Shown here piece by piece: positions 27,022 to 36,329 of a DNA stretch of 64,000 nucleotides. Positions within the stretch are counted from its first letter, which is position 1; each line of letters begins with the position of its first letter. The DNA lies in the NCBI GenBank assembly GCA_036403155.1, contig DASWRM010000010.1, forward strand, positions 33,618 to 97,617. The letters are read 5' to 3'. The stretch is from Gaiellales bacterium (GTDB taxonomy: Bacteria > Actinomycetota > Thermoleophilia > Gaiellales > JAICJC01). A program made the position numbers and the translations under genes. The notes beneath the pieces were generated by a model. That model saw nothing but the letters and a program-made list of their open reading frames with translations. It was not told the DNA's origin and searched no databases.

Positions 27022-27239
27022 TCGTCGGGGAGGTTGCGGTACTCGTCCACGGCGTCCGACACCCACAGCCAGACGCCGATCACCAGGATCGTGGCGCCGG
27101 TCGAGATCAGGGCCATCCGCCAGAGCCGCGAATCCGGTACCAGGCCGGCCAGCATCAGCGCCGCGCCCAGCGACGTGATCACCGGGTGCGCGGAGGGTCC
27201 CGGCAGGTGGAAGGGGTTGCTGTGATCCGGCTCAGACAT
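27018..27239 (-). CDS. 2-TM micro-protein resembling the N-terminal two helices of 7-TM oxidase subunit III
   Basis: The sequence is MSEPDHSNPFHLPGPSAHPVITSLGAALMLAGLV...VIGVWLWV. Compare the COX3 N-terminal pattern H-x-V-x-PSPWP-x3-A-x-S-x6-GL. An alternative TTG start lies at 27245. Confidence 0.6.
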   Translation of the reverse strand: MSEPDHSNPFHLPGPSAHPVITSLGAALMLAGLVPDSRLWRMALISTGATILVIGVWLWVSDAVDEYRNLPDD

Positions 27240-27348
27240 TGACAACCAGCAGTCCGATCACGATGGTCGCGATGAACAGGGCGGCGACGAACACGGCGAG
27301 CAGCAGGCCCAGCTTGATGTTGGCGTTGGCGGTCTTCTTGTCGAGCAT
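27232..27348 (-). CDS. 38-aa single-TM micro-protein in the oxidase operon
   Basis: Absent from the ORF track. Manual translation: MLDKKTANANIKLGLLLAVFVAALFIATIVIGLLVVNV. A TAGGAG Shine-Dalgarno sequence lies 8 nt upstream of ATG 27348. The 3' end overlaps the next start by 8 nt. Confidence 0.55.
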   Translation of the reverse strand: MLDKKTANANIKLGLLLAVFVAALFIATIVIGLLVVNV

Positions 27349-27360
27349 CGTCGGTGGCTC

Positions 27361-28263
27361 CTAAAAGGTGATCCGGTCGGCGCCGATTGCGGCGAACATC
27401 AGCGCCAGGTAGGCGAGAGAGTAGAGGAACACGGCGCGCGCGTTCGCCCGGCTGGTATCGCGCACCAGCCGCGCCGCAAGCAGGAGAAACCATGCGCCCA
27501 GCACGACGCTCGACACGAGGTACACCGCGCCGAACGTCTGCGAGAGAAACGGGAGCAGGGACAACCCGACGAGCAGCACCGTGTAGAGCAGGATCTGCCG
27601 AGCCGTCTCGTCGTCCCCGCGCACGGCCGGCAGCATGGGCACGCCGGCCGCCGCGTAGTCGTCCTTCGTCAGGATCGCGAGCGCCCAGAAGTGCGGCGGC
27701 GTCCAGTAGAACACCAGGGCGAACATGAACACGGCCGGCAGGCCGAGATCGCCCGTCACGGCCGCCCACCCGACGAGGGGCGGTACGGCGCCGGCGGCGC
27801 CGCCGATGACGATGTTCTGCACGGTCCGGCGCTTCAGCCACCAGGTGTAGACGACCACGTAGAAGAGCGCGCCGGCCAGCGCCAGCGCGGCCGTCAGCGC
27901 GTTGACGTACAGCAGGAGCACCGCAACCGACGCCACGATCAGCCCGATCCCGAAGCCGGCGCCGGCCTCGGGCGACACCCGCCCGGACGCCACCGGTCGC
28001 GCCGCGGTGCGACGCATCCGCGCGTCGATGTCGCGGTCGAGCACGTGGTTGAGCGCGCTGGCGCCGCCGGACGACAGGCCCAGGCCGAACAGCGTGGCGA
28101 GCGCCAGGCCCATCCGCGGCAGTCCGTCCGTCGCAAAGGCCATCGCACCGTACGCCGTGATCAGGATCAGCAGCATGATCCGCGGCTTCGTCAGCGTCGC
28201 GTAGTCCGCGACGGCCGTCCGCAGGGACGGGCGCAGCTGCTCGGGTGCGGTCGCCATGCTCAT
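27361..28263 (-). CDS. ctaB: Protohaem IX farnesyltransferase (haem O synthase)
   Basis: Start re-set to ATG 28263 (MSMATAPEQLRP). UbiA-family motifs are present (ALNHVLDRDIDARMRRTAARP and YWTPPHFWALA). Confidence 0.9.
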   Translation of the reverse strand: MSMATAPEQLRPSLRTAVADYATLTKPRIMLLILITAYGAMAFATDGLPRMGLALATLFGLGLSSGGASALNHVLDRDIDARMRRTAARPVASGRVSPEAGAGFGIGLIVASVAVLLLYVNALTAALALAGALFYVVVYTWWLKRRTVQNIVIGGAAGAVPPLVGWAAVTGDLGLPAVFMFALVFYWTPPHFWALAILTKDDYAAAGVPMLPAVRGDDETARQILLYTVLLVGLSLLPFLSQTFGAVYLVSSVVLGAWFLLLAARLVRDTSRANARAVFLYSLAYLALMFAAIGADRITF

Positions 28264-28271
28264 CGGCGGCC

Positions 28272-29900
28272 CTAGTCTCCCGACACCGCGAGCACCTCCG
28301 CCTCGCTGCGCAGGTCTGCGAGCGGCCGCTCGCTGCGCACCGGGGGCAGGGCGTCGAAGTTGTGCGCCGGCGGGGGCGACGTCGTGTACCACTCGAGCGT
28401 GTTTGCCTCCCACGGGTCGTTGCCGGCGATCCGGCCGGTGCGCAGTGACGTCAGGCAGTTCCACGCGACCATCAGCACGCCGACGGAGAGGACGACCGAG
28501 CCGAGCGTGGCGATCTGGTTCATCAGCTCCCAGCCGGGATGCGCCTGGTAGCTCGCTATCCGCCGTGGCATGCCCGAGAGGCCGAGCGCGTGCATCGGGA
28601 AGAAGGTCAGGTTGAAGCCGATGAACAGCACCCAGAAGCTGCGGATCGCAAGGCCGCGGTCGAGCATGCGGCCCGTCATCTTCGGATACCAGTAGTGGAG
28701 GCCGCCCAGCACCGCGAAGACGGGGACGGAGCCCATCACGTAGTGGAAGTGGGCGATCACGAAGTAGCTGTCGGTGACCTGCAGGTCGATCGGGAACACG
28801 GCCAGGAAGATGCCCGAGAGCCCGCCGATCATGAACAGCAGGATGAAGCCGATCGCGAACAGCATGGGCGGCTCGTAGCGGATCCGCCCCATCCACATGG
28901 TGCCGATCCAGTTGAAGATCTTGACGCCCGTCGGCACCGCGATCGCCAGCGATCCCAGCATGAACCACGAGTCGACCGCCGTCGGGAAGCCGGTCGCGAA
29001 CATGTGGTGGCCCCAGACCAGGAAGCCGAGGAAGCTGATGGCGGCGACCGAGTAGACCAGCGCGCGGTACCCGAACACGGGCTTGCGCGAGAAGACGGGC
29101 ACGATCTCGGAGATCATGCCGAATCCCGGCAGTGCGACGATGTACACCTCCGGGTGCCCGAAGAACCAGAACAGGTGCTGGTAGAGGATCGGGCTGCCGG
29201 ACGCCGTGAAGAAGTTCGTGCCGTAGTTGCGGTCGAGCAGGAGCATCGTCAGCGCGCCCGAGAGCACCGGCAGGGCGCCCAGGATCATGATCGAGTAGAA
29301 GTCGATGCACCAGGTGAACAGCGGCATCCGCGTGAGCCGCATGCCGGGCGCGCGCATGTTGTGGATCGTGCAGATGAAGTTGATCGCGCCGAGGATGGAC
29401 GACAGCGACAGGATGTGCAGCCCGACGATCCAGAAGTCCATGCCGTGGCCGGCGGACTGGATCGAGAGCGGCGGGTACCCCGTCCAGCCCGTGTCCGGGG
29501 CGCTGCCGAACGCGAAGCTGGAATACATCGTCAGCCCGCCGAACAGCAGCAGCCAGAACGATGCCGCGTTCAGCTTCGGGAAGGCCATGTCCCGCGCGCC
29601 GATCTGCAGCGGCACGATGTAGTTGCCGAACGCGGCCATCACGGGCACGACGAAGAGGAACACCATGGTGGTGCCGTGCATGGTGAAGATCTGGTCGTAG
29701 CGCTCGGGCGAGACGACGGTGCCGTTCGCGCTCTCCAGCTGCAGGCGGATGACGAGAGCCATCAGCCCGCCGGTGAGGAAGAAGAACAGCGTGACCAGCA
29801 GGTACATGACGCCGATGCGCTTGTGGTCGACCGTGGTCAGCCAGGACCGCAGACCGGTGCGGCCGGGCAGCGAGGCGCCGGGGGCGGCGGCGGTCGCCAT
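28272..29900 (-). CDS. ctaD: Haem-copper oxidase subunit I, A1-type (542 aa)
   Basis: Start re-set to ATG 29900 (MATAAAPGASLPGRTGLRSWLTTVDHKRIG). The canonical FFGHPEVY motif is at 29142..29159. Confidence 0.95.
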   Translation of the reverse strand: MATAAAPGASLPGRTGLRSWLTTVDHKRIGVMYLLVTLFFFLTGGLMALVIRLQLESANGTVVSPERYDQIFTMHGTTMVFLFVVPVMAAFGNYIVPLQIGARDMAFPKLNAASFWLLLFGGLTMYSSFAFGSAPDTGWTGYPPLSIQSAGHGMDFWIVGLHILSLSSILGAINFICTIHNMRAPGMRLTRMPLFTWCIDFYSIMILGALPVLSGALTMLLLDRNYGTNFFTASGSPILYQHLFWFFGHPEVYIVALPGFGMISEIVPVFSRKPVFGYRALVYSVAAISFLGFLVWGHHMFATGFPTAVDSWFMLGSLAIAVPTGVKIFNWIGTMWMGRIRYEPPMLFAIGFILLFMIGGLSGIFLAVFPIDLQVTDSYFVIAHFHYVMGSVPVFAVLGGLHYWYPKMTGRMLDRGLAIRSFWVLFIGFNLTFFPMHALGLSGMPRRIASYQAHPGWELMNQIATLGSVVLSVGVLMVAWNCLTSLRTGRIAGNDPWEANTLEWYTTSPPPAHNFDALPPVRSERPLADLRSEAEVLAVSGD

Positions 29901-30631
29901 CAGGAGATCGCCTTCTGTGACATGTAGCTGCTGAACTCGTCCTTCGAGACCACCCGCACGGTGATCGTCATCGTGGCGTGGCCGGGGCCGCAGAACTCGG
30001 CGCACTGTCCCTGGTACTTGCCGGTCGTCCGCGCGTCGAACCACGTATGCGTGGTCTTGTTGGGGAACACATCCTGCTTCTGTCCCAGCGGCTCGACCCA
30101 GAAGTCGTGGATGACGTCCTTGGAGCGCATGTTCAGGTGGACGGGCGTGTCGACCGGGACAACGAGGGTGTTCGGGCCCGCCGGATGCTTGCCGTTCGGA
30201 TAGGTGAACGTCCAGCCGTACTGCTGCGCCAGCACCTTCACCTCCATCGCCCCCTTCGGCACGTCGTTCACGTCCGGAAGCTTGTAGAAGGTGAACGCCG
30301 ACAGGCCGACGAGGATCAGGATCGGGACGATCGTCCAGCCGATCTCGAGCTGCGTCGAGCCGCGCACCTGCGGGGGTGGCGGATACGTCCGCCCCGGCCG
30401 CTCGCGGAATCGGATCGCCGAGTAGACCAGCCAGCCGCCGACGAGCACGAAGATGGTGACCGTCACCCCGAGCACCGCCCGGTACGTGCCGTCGATGGCC
30501 TCGCTGTTCGGTGACACCGGCTCGTTGAACGTCGCGGTTCCGGCGAACGCCGGCGCGGCGGCCACGAGCATCGCCACTGTCCCGACCAGGGCGGCGGCGA
30601 AGAACCAGCGTCGTCGGTGGGGTCGGGTCAC
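29900..30631 (-). CDS. ctaC: Cytochrome c oxidase subunit II (CuA), operon 2
   Basis: Signal/TM N-terminus and the CuA site CAEFCGPGHATM. GTG start at 30631. Confidence 0.9.
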   Translation of the reverse strand: MTRPHRRRWFFAAALVGTVAMLVAAAPAFAGTATFNEPVSPNSEAIDGTYRAVLGVTVTIFVLVGGWLVYSAIRFRERPGRTYPPPPQVRGSTQLEIGWTIVPILILVGLSAFTFYKLPDVNDVPKGAMEVKVLAQQYGWTFTYPNGKHPAGPNTLVVPVDTPVHLNMRSKDVIHDFWVEPLGQKQDVFPNKTTHTWFDARTTGKYQGQCAEFCGPGHATMTITVRVVSKDEFSSYMSQKAIS

Positions 30632-30641
30632 GGGCGCCCGG

Positions 30642-30647
30642 ATTCTA
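30642..30647 (-). promoter_or_regulatory. -10-like TAGAAT 10 nt upstream of the coxB2 GTG start
   Basis: The same hexamer occurs upstream of oxidase operon 1. No clear -35 is present. Confidence 0.3.
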
Positions 30648-30682
30648 CAAGCGACAACCGAGGACCGCTGCCGTGACCGGCC

Positions 30683-31681
30683 TCACGTGCCGTCCGTCTG
30701 CGGCGGCGGCGGCGGGTTGCCGTCGCCCTCCCGCCGCGGCTTCGGCTTCGGGCGCGGCGTGGGCTCGGCCGCCCCCTCGGTGAAGGCGGCGCCGAGCCCG
30801 GCGATCGCGCTCATCGCGTTCGATGCGCCGCTCGGCAGGAGCAGCAGCTTGTTCGCGTCGCCGGCAGCGACCGCGGGCAGTGCGTCGAGGTACTTGTACC
30901 CGAGCATGTCGCTCGGGGACGTGCCGCTCTCCCGCACCATCGTGAACACCTTGGACAGCGCCTCCGCCTCGCCCTCCGCGCGCAGCGCGCGGGCCTTCTT
31001 CTCGCCCTCCGCGCGCAGCACGTTGGCCTGCTGCTCGGCCTCCGCGTTGAGGATCTGCGCCTGCCGGAGGCCCTCGGCGCGCAGGATCGCGGACTGCTTC
31101 TCGCCCTCCGCCATCAGGATGGCGGCGCGCTTTGCCCGGTCGGCGCGCATCTGCTGCTCCATCGCCTCCTGGATCGTGCGGGGCGGGTCGATGCTCTTCA
31201 GCTCGACGCGCGTGACACGCACGCCCCACTTCTCGGTCGCCTCGTCCAGGACGAACCGCAGCTGCGAGTTGATCTGGTCGCGGCTGGTCAGCGTCTCCTC
31301 GAGCGTCATCGCGCCGACCACGTTGCGCAGCGTGGTGATGGCCAGCTGCTCCATCGCGACGAGGACGTTCGCGACCTCGTACGTGGCCCGGAACGGATCC
31401 GTCACCTGGTAGTAGACGACCGTGTCGATGCCGATGGTCACGTTGTCCTGTGTGATGACCGGCTGAGGGGCGAACGCCTGCACGGTCTCGCGCATGTCGA
31501 CGATCGAGGAGATGCGGTCGAGCATCGGCACGATCAGGTGCAGGCCCGGTGCGAGCGTCGCACGGTACTTGCCCCAGCGCTCGACGATGCCGACGCGCGC
31601 CTGCCGCACGATTCGCACGGACGATGCAACGACGAGCACGGCGAACAGCGCCAGCACGATTGCCACGATGAGAGCTGCCAT
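30683..31681 (-). CDS. SPFH/band-7 (stomatin-like) protein
   Basis: Start re-set to ATG 31681 (MAALIVAIVLALFAVL). Band-7 core, with an AEGE-rich coiled coil and a Pro-rich tail. Confidence 0.9.
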   Translation of the reverse strand: MAALIVAIVLALFAVLVVASSVRIVRQARVGIVERWGKYRATLAPGLHLIVPMLDRISSIVDMRETVQAFAPQPVITQDNVTIGIDTVVYYQVTDPFRATYEVANVLVAMEQLAITTLRNVVGAMTLEETLTSRDQINSQLRFVLDEATEKWGVRVTRVELKSIDPPRTIQEAMEQQMRADRAKRAAILMAEGEKQSAILRAEGLRQAQILNAEAEQQANVLRAEGEKKARALRAEGEAEALSKVFTMVRESGTSPSDMLGYKYLDALPAVAAGDANKLLLLPSGASNAMSAIAGLGAAFTEGAAEPTPRPKPKPRREGDGNPPPPPQTDGT

Positions 31682-32154
31682 CAGGTCTCCTTGGGAAGTT
31701 CGGTTCGCTCGGTCGGCGCGGCGATCACCAGCGCCGTCACGCCCTTGATCTCGACCACCTCGACGCGCGAGCCCTCGGCGATCGGCTCGTGCTCGAAGTA
31801 GCTCCGTGCCGTCCATGTCTCGCCGCCCACCTTCACGAGCCCGGGTTCGAGCTCGCCGATCGGCTTGGTGACCGTTCCTATCCGCCCGCGCATCGCGTCG
31901 ACGCCGGTCGCGACGGCGGGCGTGTCCGTGCCGGCCATACGCAGAAGCGCCGGTCGTGTCAGCACGAGGCCCGCCACGGAGAGCACCGCGAACGCCAGCA
32001 CCTGGCCGGCGGCGGGGACTCCGACGAGCGCCAGCACGGCCGCGAGGGCGGCGGCGACGCCGAAGTAGATGGTGAAGAAGGACGTCGTGGTTGCCTCGAC
32101 CGCCAGCATGGCGACCGCGACGACCGCCCACACGGCCCAGGCTGGGAGATCCAT
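31681..32154 (-). CDS. NfeD-family membrane protein
   Basis: Three TM helices plus a C-terminal OB-like domain (GRIGTVTKPIG...GLVKVGGETWTARS). It overlaps the SPFH gene by 1 nt. Confidence 0.85.
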   Translation of the reverse strand: MDLPAWAVWAVVAVAMLAVEATTTSFFTIYFGVAAALAAVLALVGVPAAGQVLAFAVLSVAGLVLTRPALLRMAGTDTPAVATGVDAMRGRIGTVTKPIGELEPGLVKVGGETWTARSYFEHEPIAEGSRVEVVEIKGVTALVIAAPTERTELPKET

Positions 32155-32216
32155 GTCCGGGTATCGTAGGCGGTGTGGGCGGTCACGGTGGGGGAGCGCG
32201 CTACCGTGACCCGTCG

Positions 32217-33380
32217 ATGAGCACCGTCGAGGAGATCACGGACGCGGCCGGCGTCGAGTCGCTGCTCGCCGACGCCCGCAGCGAGGGCCGCTGCGCGCTG
32301 GACACCGAGTTCGTCTGGGAGCGCACGTACGCGCCGGTGCTCTGCCTCGTCCAGATCGCGACCGCCCACCGGCTCGCCGTGGTCGACCCCCTGCGCGGCG
32401 CGCCGCTGGCGCCCGTCGCGGAGCTCGTTTCCGATCCCACGGTCGTCAAGGCGATGCACGCCCCGGGCGCCGACCTGACCGGCTTTGCCCTCCACTTCGG
32501 GACCGGCTCGGCCGCGGTCTTCGACGCCCAGCTCGCGGCCGGCTTTGCGGGCCTGGGCGGCTCCCTGTCGCTCGAGCGGATGCTCGACCAGGCGGTCGGC
32601 GTCAAGCTCAAGCACCACGAGGGGTTCACCGACTGGTCGAAGCGGCCGCTCACGCCGGTGCAGGTCGCGTACGCCGCCGACGACGTCCGCCACCTGCTCG
32701 CGGCCATGGACGCCCTGCGCGCGTCGCTCGACCGCCTCGGCCGAGCTGGGTGGGCTGACGAGGAGATGGATCGCCGCTACGGGCCGGGTGCCCCGCACGT
32801 CCAGGATCCCGACCAGGCGTGGCGACGCGTGTCCGGGCGGGGCAAGCTCCGCGGCGAGCAGCTGACCGCGCTCGTCGCCGTGGCGGCATGGCGCGAGCGC
32901 GAGGCGCGGCGCCGCGACATCCCGACGAGCTGGCTGGTTCGCGACCCGACCCTGATCGAGCTCGCCCGCCGCCGCCCGCGGACGGCCGACGATGCGGCCG
33001 CGGTGCGCGGGCTGCAGGTGAAGCGGGGGCCGCAGATGGACGCGCTGCTGCAGACCCTGGCCGCCGCCGGCGGCCCGGCGCCCGAGCGGGCCGCCGAGCT
33101 GCCGGCCGAGCTGCGGAACCGTGTGCGTGTCGTGCTGCCGCTGGCGAGCTCGGTGCTGCAGGCCGCGTGCGCGAGCGCGGGCATCGCGTCGGAGCTGGTG
33201 GCAACCCGCGACGATCTCGAGTCCCTGATCCGCGTCGTCGCCGAGGGCGGCGAGGACCATCCCCTGCTCGCCGGCTGGCGGCGCGAGCTTGCCGGCGAAG
33301 CGCTGCTTCGGCTCCTGCGTGGCCAGGTCGCGATCAGCGTCGTGCCGGGGCCGCCGCACGTCGCCGAACGTGCTGTCTGA
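32217..33380 (+). CDS. rnd: Ribonuclease D
   Basis: Start at ATG 32217. DEDD 3'-5' exonuclease motifs (ALDTEFV, HAPGADL, YAADDVRHL) and an HRDC-like region. Confidence 0.85.
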   Translation: MSTVEEITDAAGVESLLADARSEGRCALDTEFVWERTYAPVLCLVQIATAHRLAVVDPLRGAPLAPVAELVSDPTVVKAMHAPGADLTGFALHFGTGSAAVFDAQLAAGFAGLGGSLSLERMLDQAVGVKLKHHEGFTDWSKRPLTPVQVAYAADDVRHLLAAMDALRASLDRLGRAGWADEEMDRRYGPGAPHVQDPDQAWRRVSGRGKLRGEQLTALVAVAAWREREARRRDIPTSWLVRDPTLIELARRRPRTADDAAAVRGLQVKRGPQMDALLQTLAAAGGPAPERAAELPAELRNRVRVVLPLASSVLQAACASAGIASELVATRDDLESLIRVVAEGGEDHPLLAGWRRELAGEALLRLLRGQVAISVVPGPPHVAERAV

Positions 33381-34521
33381 CGACGCGCGGATCCGTCCCG
33401 CCGTGGCGCTCTTCCTGGGCGCGTCCGCGATGTTCGCGAACATGTATGCGACGCAGGCCATCCTGCCGGAGATCGAACGGGCGCTGCACGTGTCGCCCGC
33501 CGCCGCCGGCCTCTCGATCACGGTCGTGGTGGTGGGCGTGGCGGTCGGAGGCTGGCTGCACGGTCCGCTCTCCGACCGCGTCGGACGAGCCCGCGTGATG
33601 ACGGCCTCCGCGTCGCTGCTGGTGATCCCCACGGCGCTGCTCGCGGCATCGCCCAATCTGGCCACGCTGCTCGCACTGCGCACGCTGCAGGGGCTGCTCA
33701 TGCCCGGGCTGCTCGTCGTGGCCGTTCCGTACGTGTCCGACCGGTTTCGCGGGCGCACGGCCGGGGCGGCGATGGGCGCCTACACCTCGTCGCTCGTCTT
33801 CGGAGGCTTCGTCGGCCGCGTCGGCACCGCGCTGCTGACCGACGTCTGGGGCTGGCGGCTCTCGCTGGCGCTGCTCGCCGTCCCCACGGCCCTGGGTGCG
33901 ATCGCCATGTGGCGGTGGCTTCCGCGCGATCCGCCCGCCCATGCCGGCAGCCGGCTCGGCGGCGTGATCGTCCAGCACCTCCACAACCGGCGTCTGCTGG
34001 TCAACGCCATGTGCGCGTCCAGCGTGTTCTTCGGCTTCGTCGGCATCTTCACGTACGCGACGTACCGGCTGACCTCGCCGGCGATCGGCCTGGGGCTCGC
34101 GGGTGCAGGCCTGGTCTACGGCGTGTGGCTGGTCGGTATCGCCGTCCCGGCGGTTGGTGCGGTCGCGCAGCGCATGGGGCCGCAGCGGCTGCTGCCCGTG
34201 CTGGTCGGTTGCTCGCTGGCGGGTGCTCTGCTCACGCTGGTCGACTCGCTGCCCGTCGTGGTCGCCGGCCTGGCGCTGATGGCGTTCGCGATGTTCTCGA
34301 CCGTGACGGTGTGCCAGCTCCTGATCCCTCGCCTGGTCGACCACCACCGCGGGACGGCGACGAGCATCCATCTCACCCTCTACTACCTGGGCGGCGGCCT
34401 CGGCGCGTACCTGCCCGGCCTGTGGCTCGATTCCGGCTGGCGCACGCTCGTCGCGGTGTGCGCGGCGAGCATCGCGTGCGGCCTGGCCGCTGCGCTGATG
34501 GTGCGGCTGCGGGTCGCCTGA
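33370..34521 (+). CDS. MFS transporter
   Basis: Polytopic. The start is tentatively GTG 33370, overlapping the rnd stop. Confidence 0.7.
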   Translation: MLSDDARIRPAVALFLGASAMFANMYATQAILPEIERALHVSPAAAGLSITVVVVGVAVGGWLHGPLSDRVGRARVMTASASLLVIPTALLAASPNLATLLALRTLQGLLMPGLLVVAVPYVSDRFRGRTAGAAMGAYTSSLVFGGFVGRVGTALLTDVWGWRLSLALLAVPTALGAIAMWRWLPRDPPAHAGSRLGGVIVQHLHNRRLLVNAMCASSVFFGFVGIFTYATYRLTSPAIGLGLAGAGLVYGVWLVGIAVPAVGAVAQRMGPQRLLPVLVGCSLAGALLTLVDSLPVVVAGLALMAFAMFSTVTVCQLLIPRLVDHHRGTATSIHLTLYYLGGGLGAYLPGLWLDSGWRTLVAVCAASIACGLAAALMVRLRVA

Positions 34522-34528
34522 CCCCCGA

Positions 34529-35851
34529 TCAGCGGGTGAGTGCGCCCATCTTCCGGCAGGCGTACAGCGTGAAGTCGAGGCCGTATGCGAGGTCGTCGAC
34601 GTGGATGCGCTCGTCGCGGTTGTGGATGCCGGACGAGAGCACCTCGGTGGGCGTCGTCCGCACCGGCCACAGGCCGTACGCCACCGTGCCGAACGCCTGG
34701 CGGATGAAGTGCGAGTCCGTGAAGCCGGTCGAGATCATCGGCATCAGCACTGCCCCCGGGTCGCGCTCGTCGAAGAACTCCTGGCACACGCGGTAGAGCT
34801 CCGTGTCGACCGGCGCGACGGTGCCTCCCACGGGATCCTCGACGAACTCGATCTCGTACGGGATGTCGTTTCCGAGCGCCGTCCGCAGCTCGCGCTCCAG
34901 CCGTTCCGGCGTGTCGCCCGGCAGCACACGACAGTCGACTTCGACGCTGGCTCTGCCCGGCATGACGTTTCGTGCGCTGGAGCCGTACAGTCGGGTGGGC
35001 GCGAGCGTGGCCCCAAACAGTGCCGGTATCACGTCCGGGAAGCTGGGGTGAAGCGGCAGCGCACGCTCGATGGCCGCGTCCAGGTCGTTGCCGATCGGGC
35101 CGACGAGGCTCTCGAGCATCGCGGCCGACTCGGGAAGCGCCCGGCGCTCGGGGCGGTAGGCAGCGAGCCGCTGGATCAGCGTCGCCAGCCGCGGCACCGC
35201 GTTCGCTCCCGCCGTCGGGGTCGAGGCGTGGCCGGCCTCGCCAAGCGCGGTCACCATCGTCGGCAGACAGGCCTTCTCTCCGACGCAGATCGGGATGACG
35301 ACGCGGCCGTCGGCGAGCACGGTGCGGTCGCCGCCGCCCTCGTTCAGCGCGTAGTCGGTGGCGAGATCCGGTCGCTCCTGCACCAGCCAGACCATGCCGA
35401 CCGGGTGCGTACCGTCCTCCTCGTCGGCCTCGGCGATGTAGAGCAGATCGCCGTTGGGTTGGAAGCCCTCCCGCGCCAGCGCCGCCATGGCGACGGCCCT
35501 GGTGGCCGTCTCGTTCTTCATGTCGACGGCGCCGCGGCCCCACAGGTAGCCGTCGTCGTCGACCTCGCCCGAGAACGGGGGGCGCTTCCAGTCCTGCGCG
35601 TCGGCCGGAACGACGTCGGTGTGCCCGACCAGGGCCATCGACGGGCCGGTGCCCTTCCCGGGAATCCGCGCGACCAGGTTTGCGCGGTCCGGGTCTCGGG
35701 CGATCAGCTCGCATTCGAGCCCGTTCGCCTCCAGGTAGGTCTTCAGCACCAGCGCCGCCGGCGTCTCGTTGCCGGGCGGGTTGGAGCTGTCGACGCGGAT
35801 CAGGTCCTGGGTGAGGCCGATGGCCTCCTGGTGCAGGCTGGTGTCGATCAT
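34529..35851 (-). CDS. M20-family metallopeptidase (ArgE/DapE/dipeptidase-like)
   Basis: Start at ATG 35851 (MIDTSLHQEAIGLTQDLIRVDSSNPPGNE). Metal-site motifs GHTDVVP and RGAVDMK are present. Confidence 0.85.
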   Translation of the reverse strand: MIDTSLHQEAIGLTQDLIRVDSSNPPGNETPAALVLKTYLEANGLECELIARDPDRANLVARIPGKGTGPSMALVGHTDVVPADAQDWKRPPFSGEVDDDGYLWGRGAVDMKNETATRAVAMAALAREGFQPNGDLLYIAEADEEDGTHPVGMVWLVQERPDLATDYALNEGGGDRTVLADGRVVIPICVGEKACLPTMVTALGEAGHASTPTAGANAVPRLATLIQRLAAYRPERRALPESAAMLESLVGPIGNDLDAAIERALPLHPSFPDVIPALFGATLAPTRLYGSSARNVMPGRASVEVDCRVLPGDTPERLERELRTALGNDIPYEIEFVEDPVGGTVAPVDTELYRVCQEFFDERDPGAVLMPMISTGFTDSHFIRQAFGTVAYGLWPVRTTPTEVLSSGIHNRDERIHVDDLAYGLDFTLYACRKMGALTR

Positions 35852-35906
35852 GGCCGCGGAGCGTACACGCTGCCCGGGTTGCGCCGAAGCCGTTGGGTGA
35901 GGCACC

Positions 35907-36323
35907 ATGCACGGCATGGCATGGCAGCGCGGCAACCGGCTTCAGCGCCTGGTCTTCACGTGGGCGATCAGCGCCGTCGCACTCGGCGTTGCCGCCTGGC
36001 TGGTCGGCCGCGTGACCTACACGAGCTACGGCGCGCTGGCGGTCGCGGGGCTCGTCTTCGCACTGGTCAACGCGTACCTGAAGCCGCTGCTGATCATGCT
36101 CGGGATCCCGTTCATCATCATCACGCTCGGAATCGGCCTGTTCCTGATCAACATGGCGCTGGTCTGGCTCACCGCGGCGGTCGTTCCCGGCTTCGATGCC
36201 TCGGGGTTCTGGCCGATCGCGAAAGCGGCGATCGTGGTCTGGCTGGTCAACATGCTGCTGCAGGGGTTCTGGCCCGACGACCGCCGCCGTGGCGGCGCGG
36301 TGTACTTGGGGCCTGTCGGCTGA
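35907..36323 (+). CDS. YvlD / Phage_holin_4_2-family small membrane protein
   Basis: Four TM helices, with the pattern WAISAVALGVAAWLV...LVFALVNAYLKPLL. Confidence 0.6.
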   Translation: MHGMAWQRGNRLQRLVFTWAISAVALGVAAWLVGRVTYTSYGALAVAGLVFALVNAYLKPLLIMLGIPFIIITLGIGLFLINMALVWLTAAVVPGFDASGFWPIAKAAIVVWLVNMLLQGFWPDDRRRGGAVYLGPVG

Positions 36324-36329
36324 CGCTCG

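Noticed and set aside
30683-32154. NfeD/SPFH pair as a novel or defence-related system.
   Set aside because: This is the canonical, widespread two-gene operon with the usual 1-nt overlap. Nothing atypical is visible beyond a Pro-rich tail.
35907-36323. The 'phage holin family' protein as evidence of a prophage.
   Set aside because: YvlD/Phage_holin_4_2-type proteins are widespread chromosomal membrane proteins. No other phage genes are nearby.
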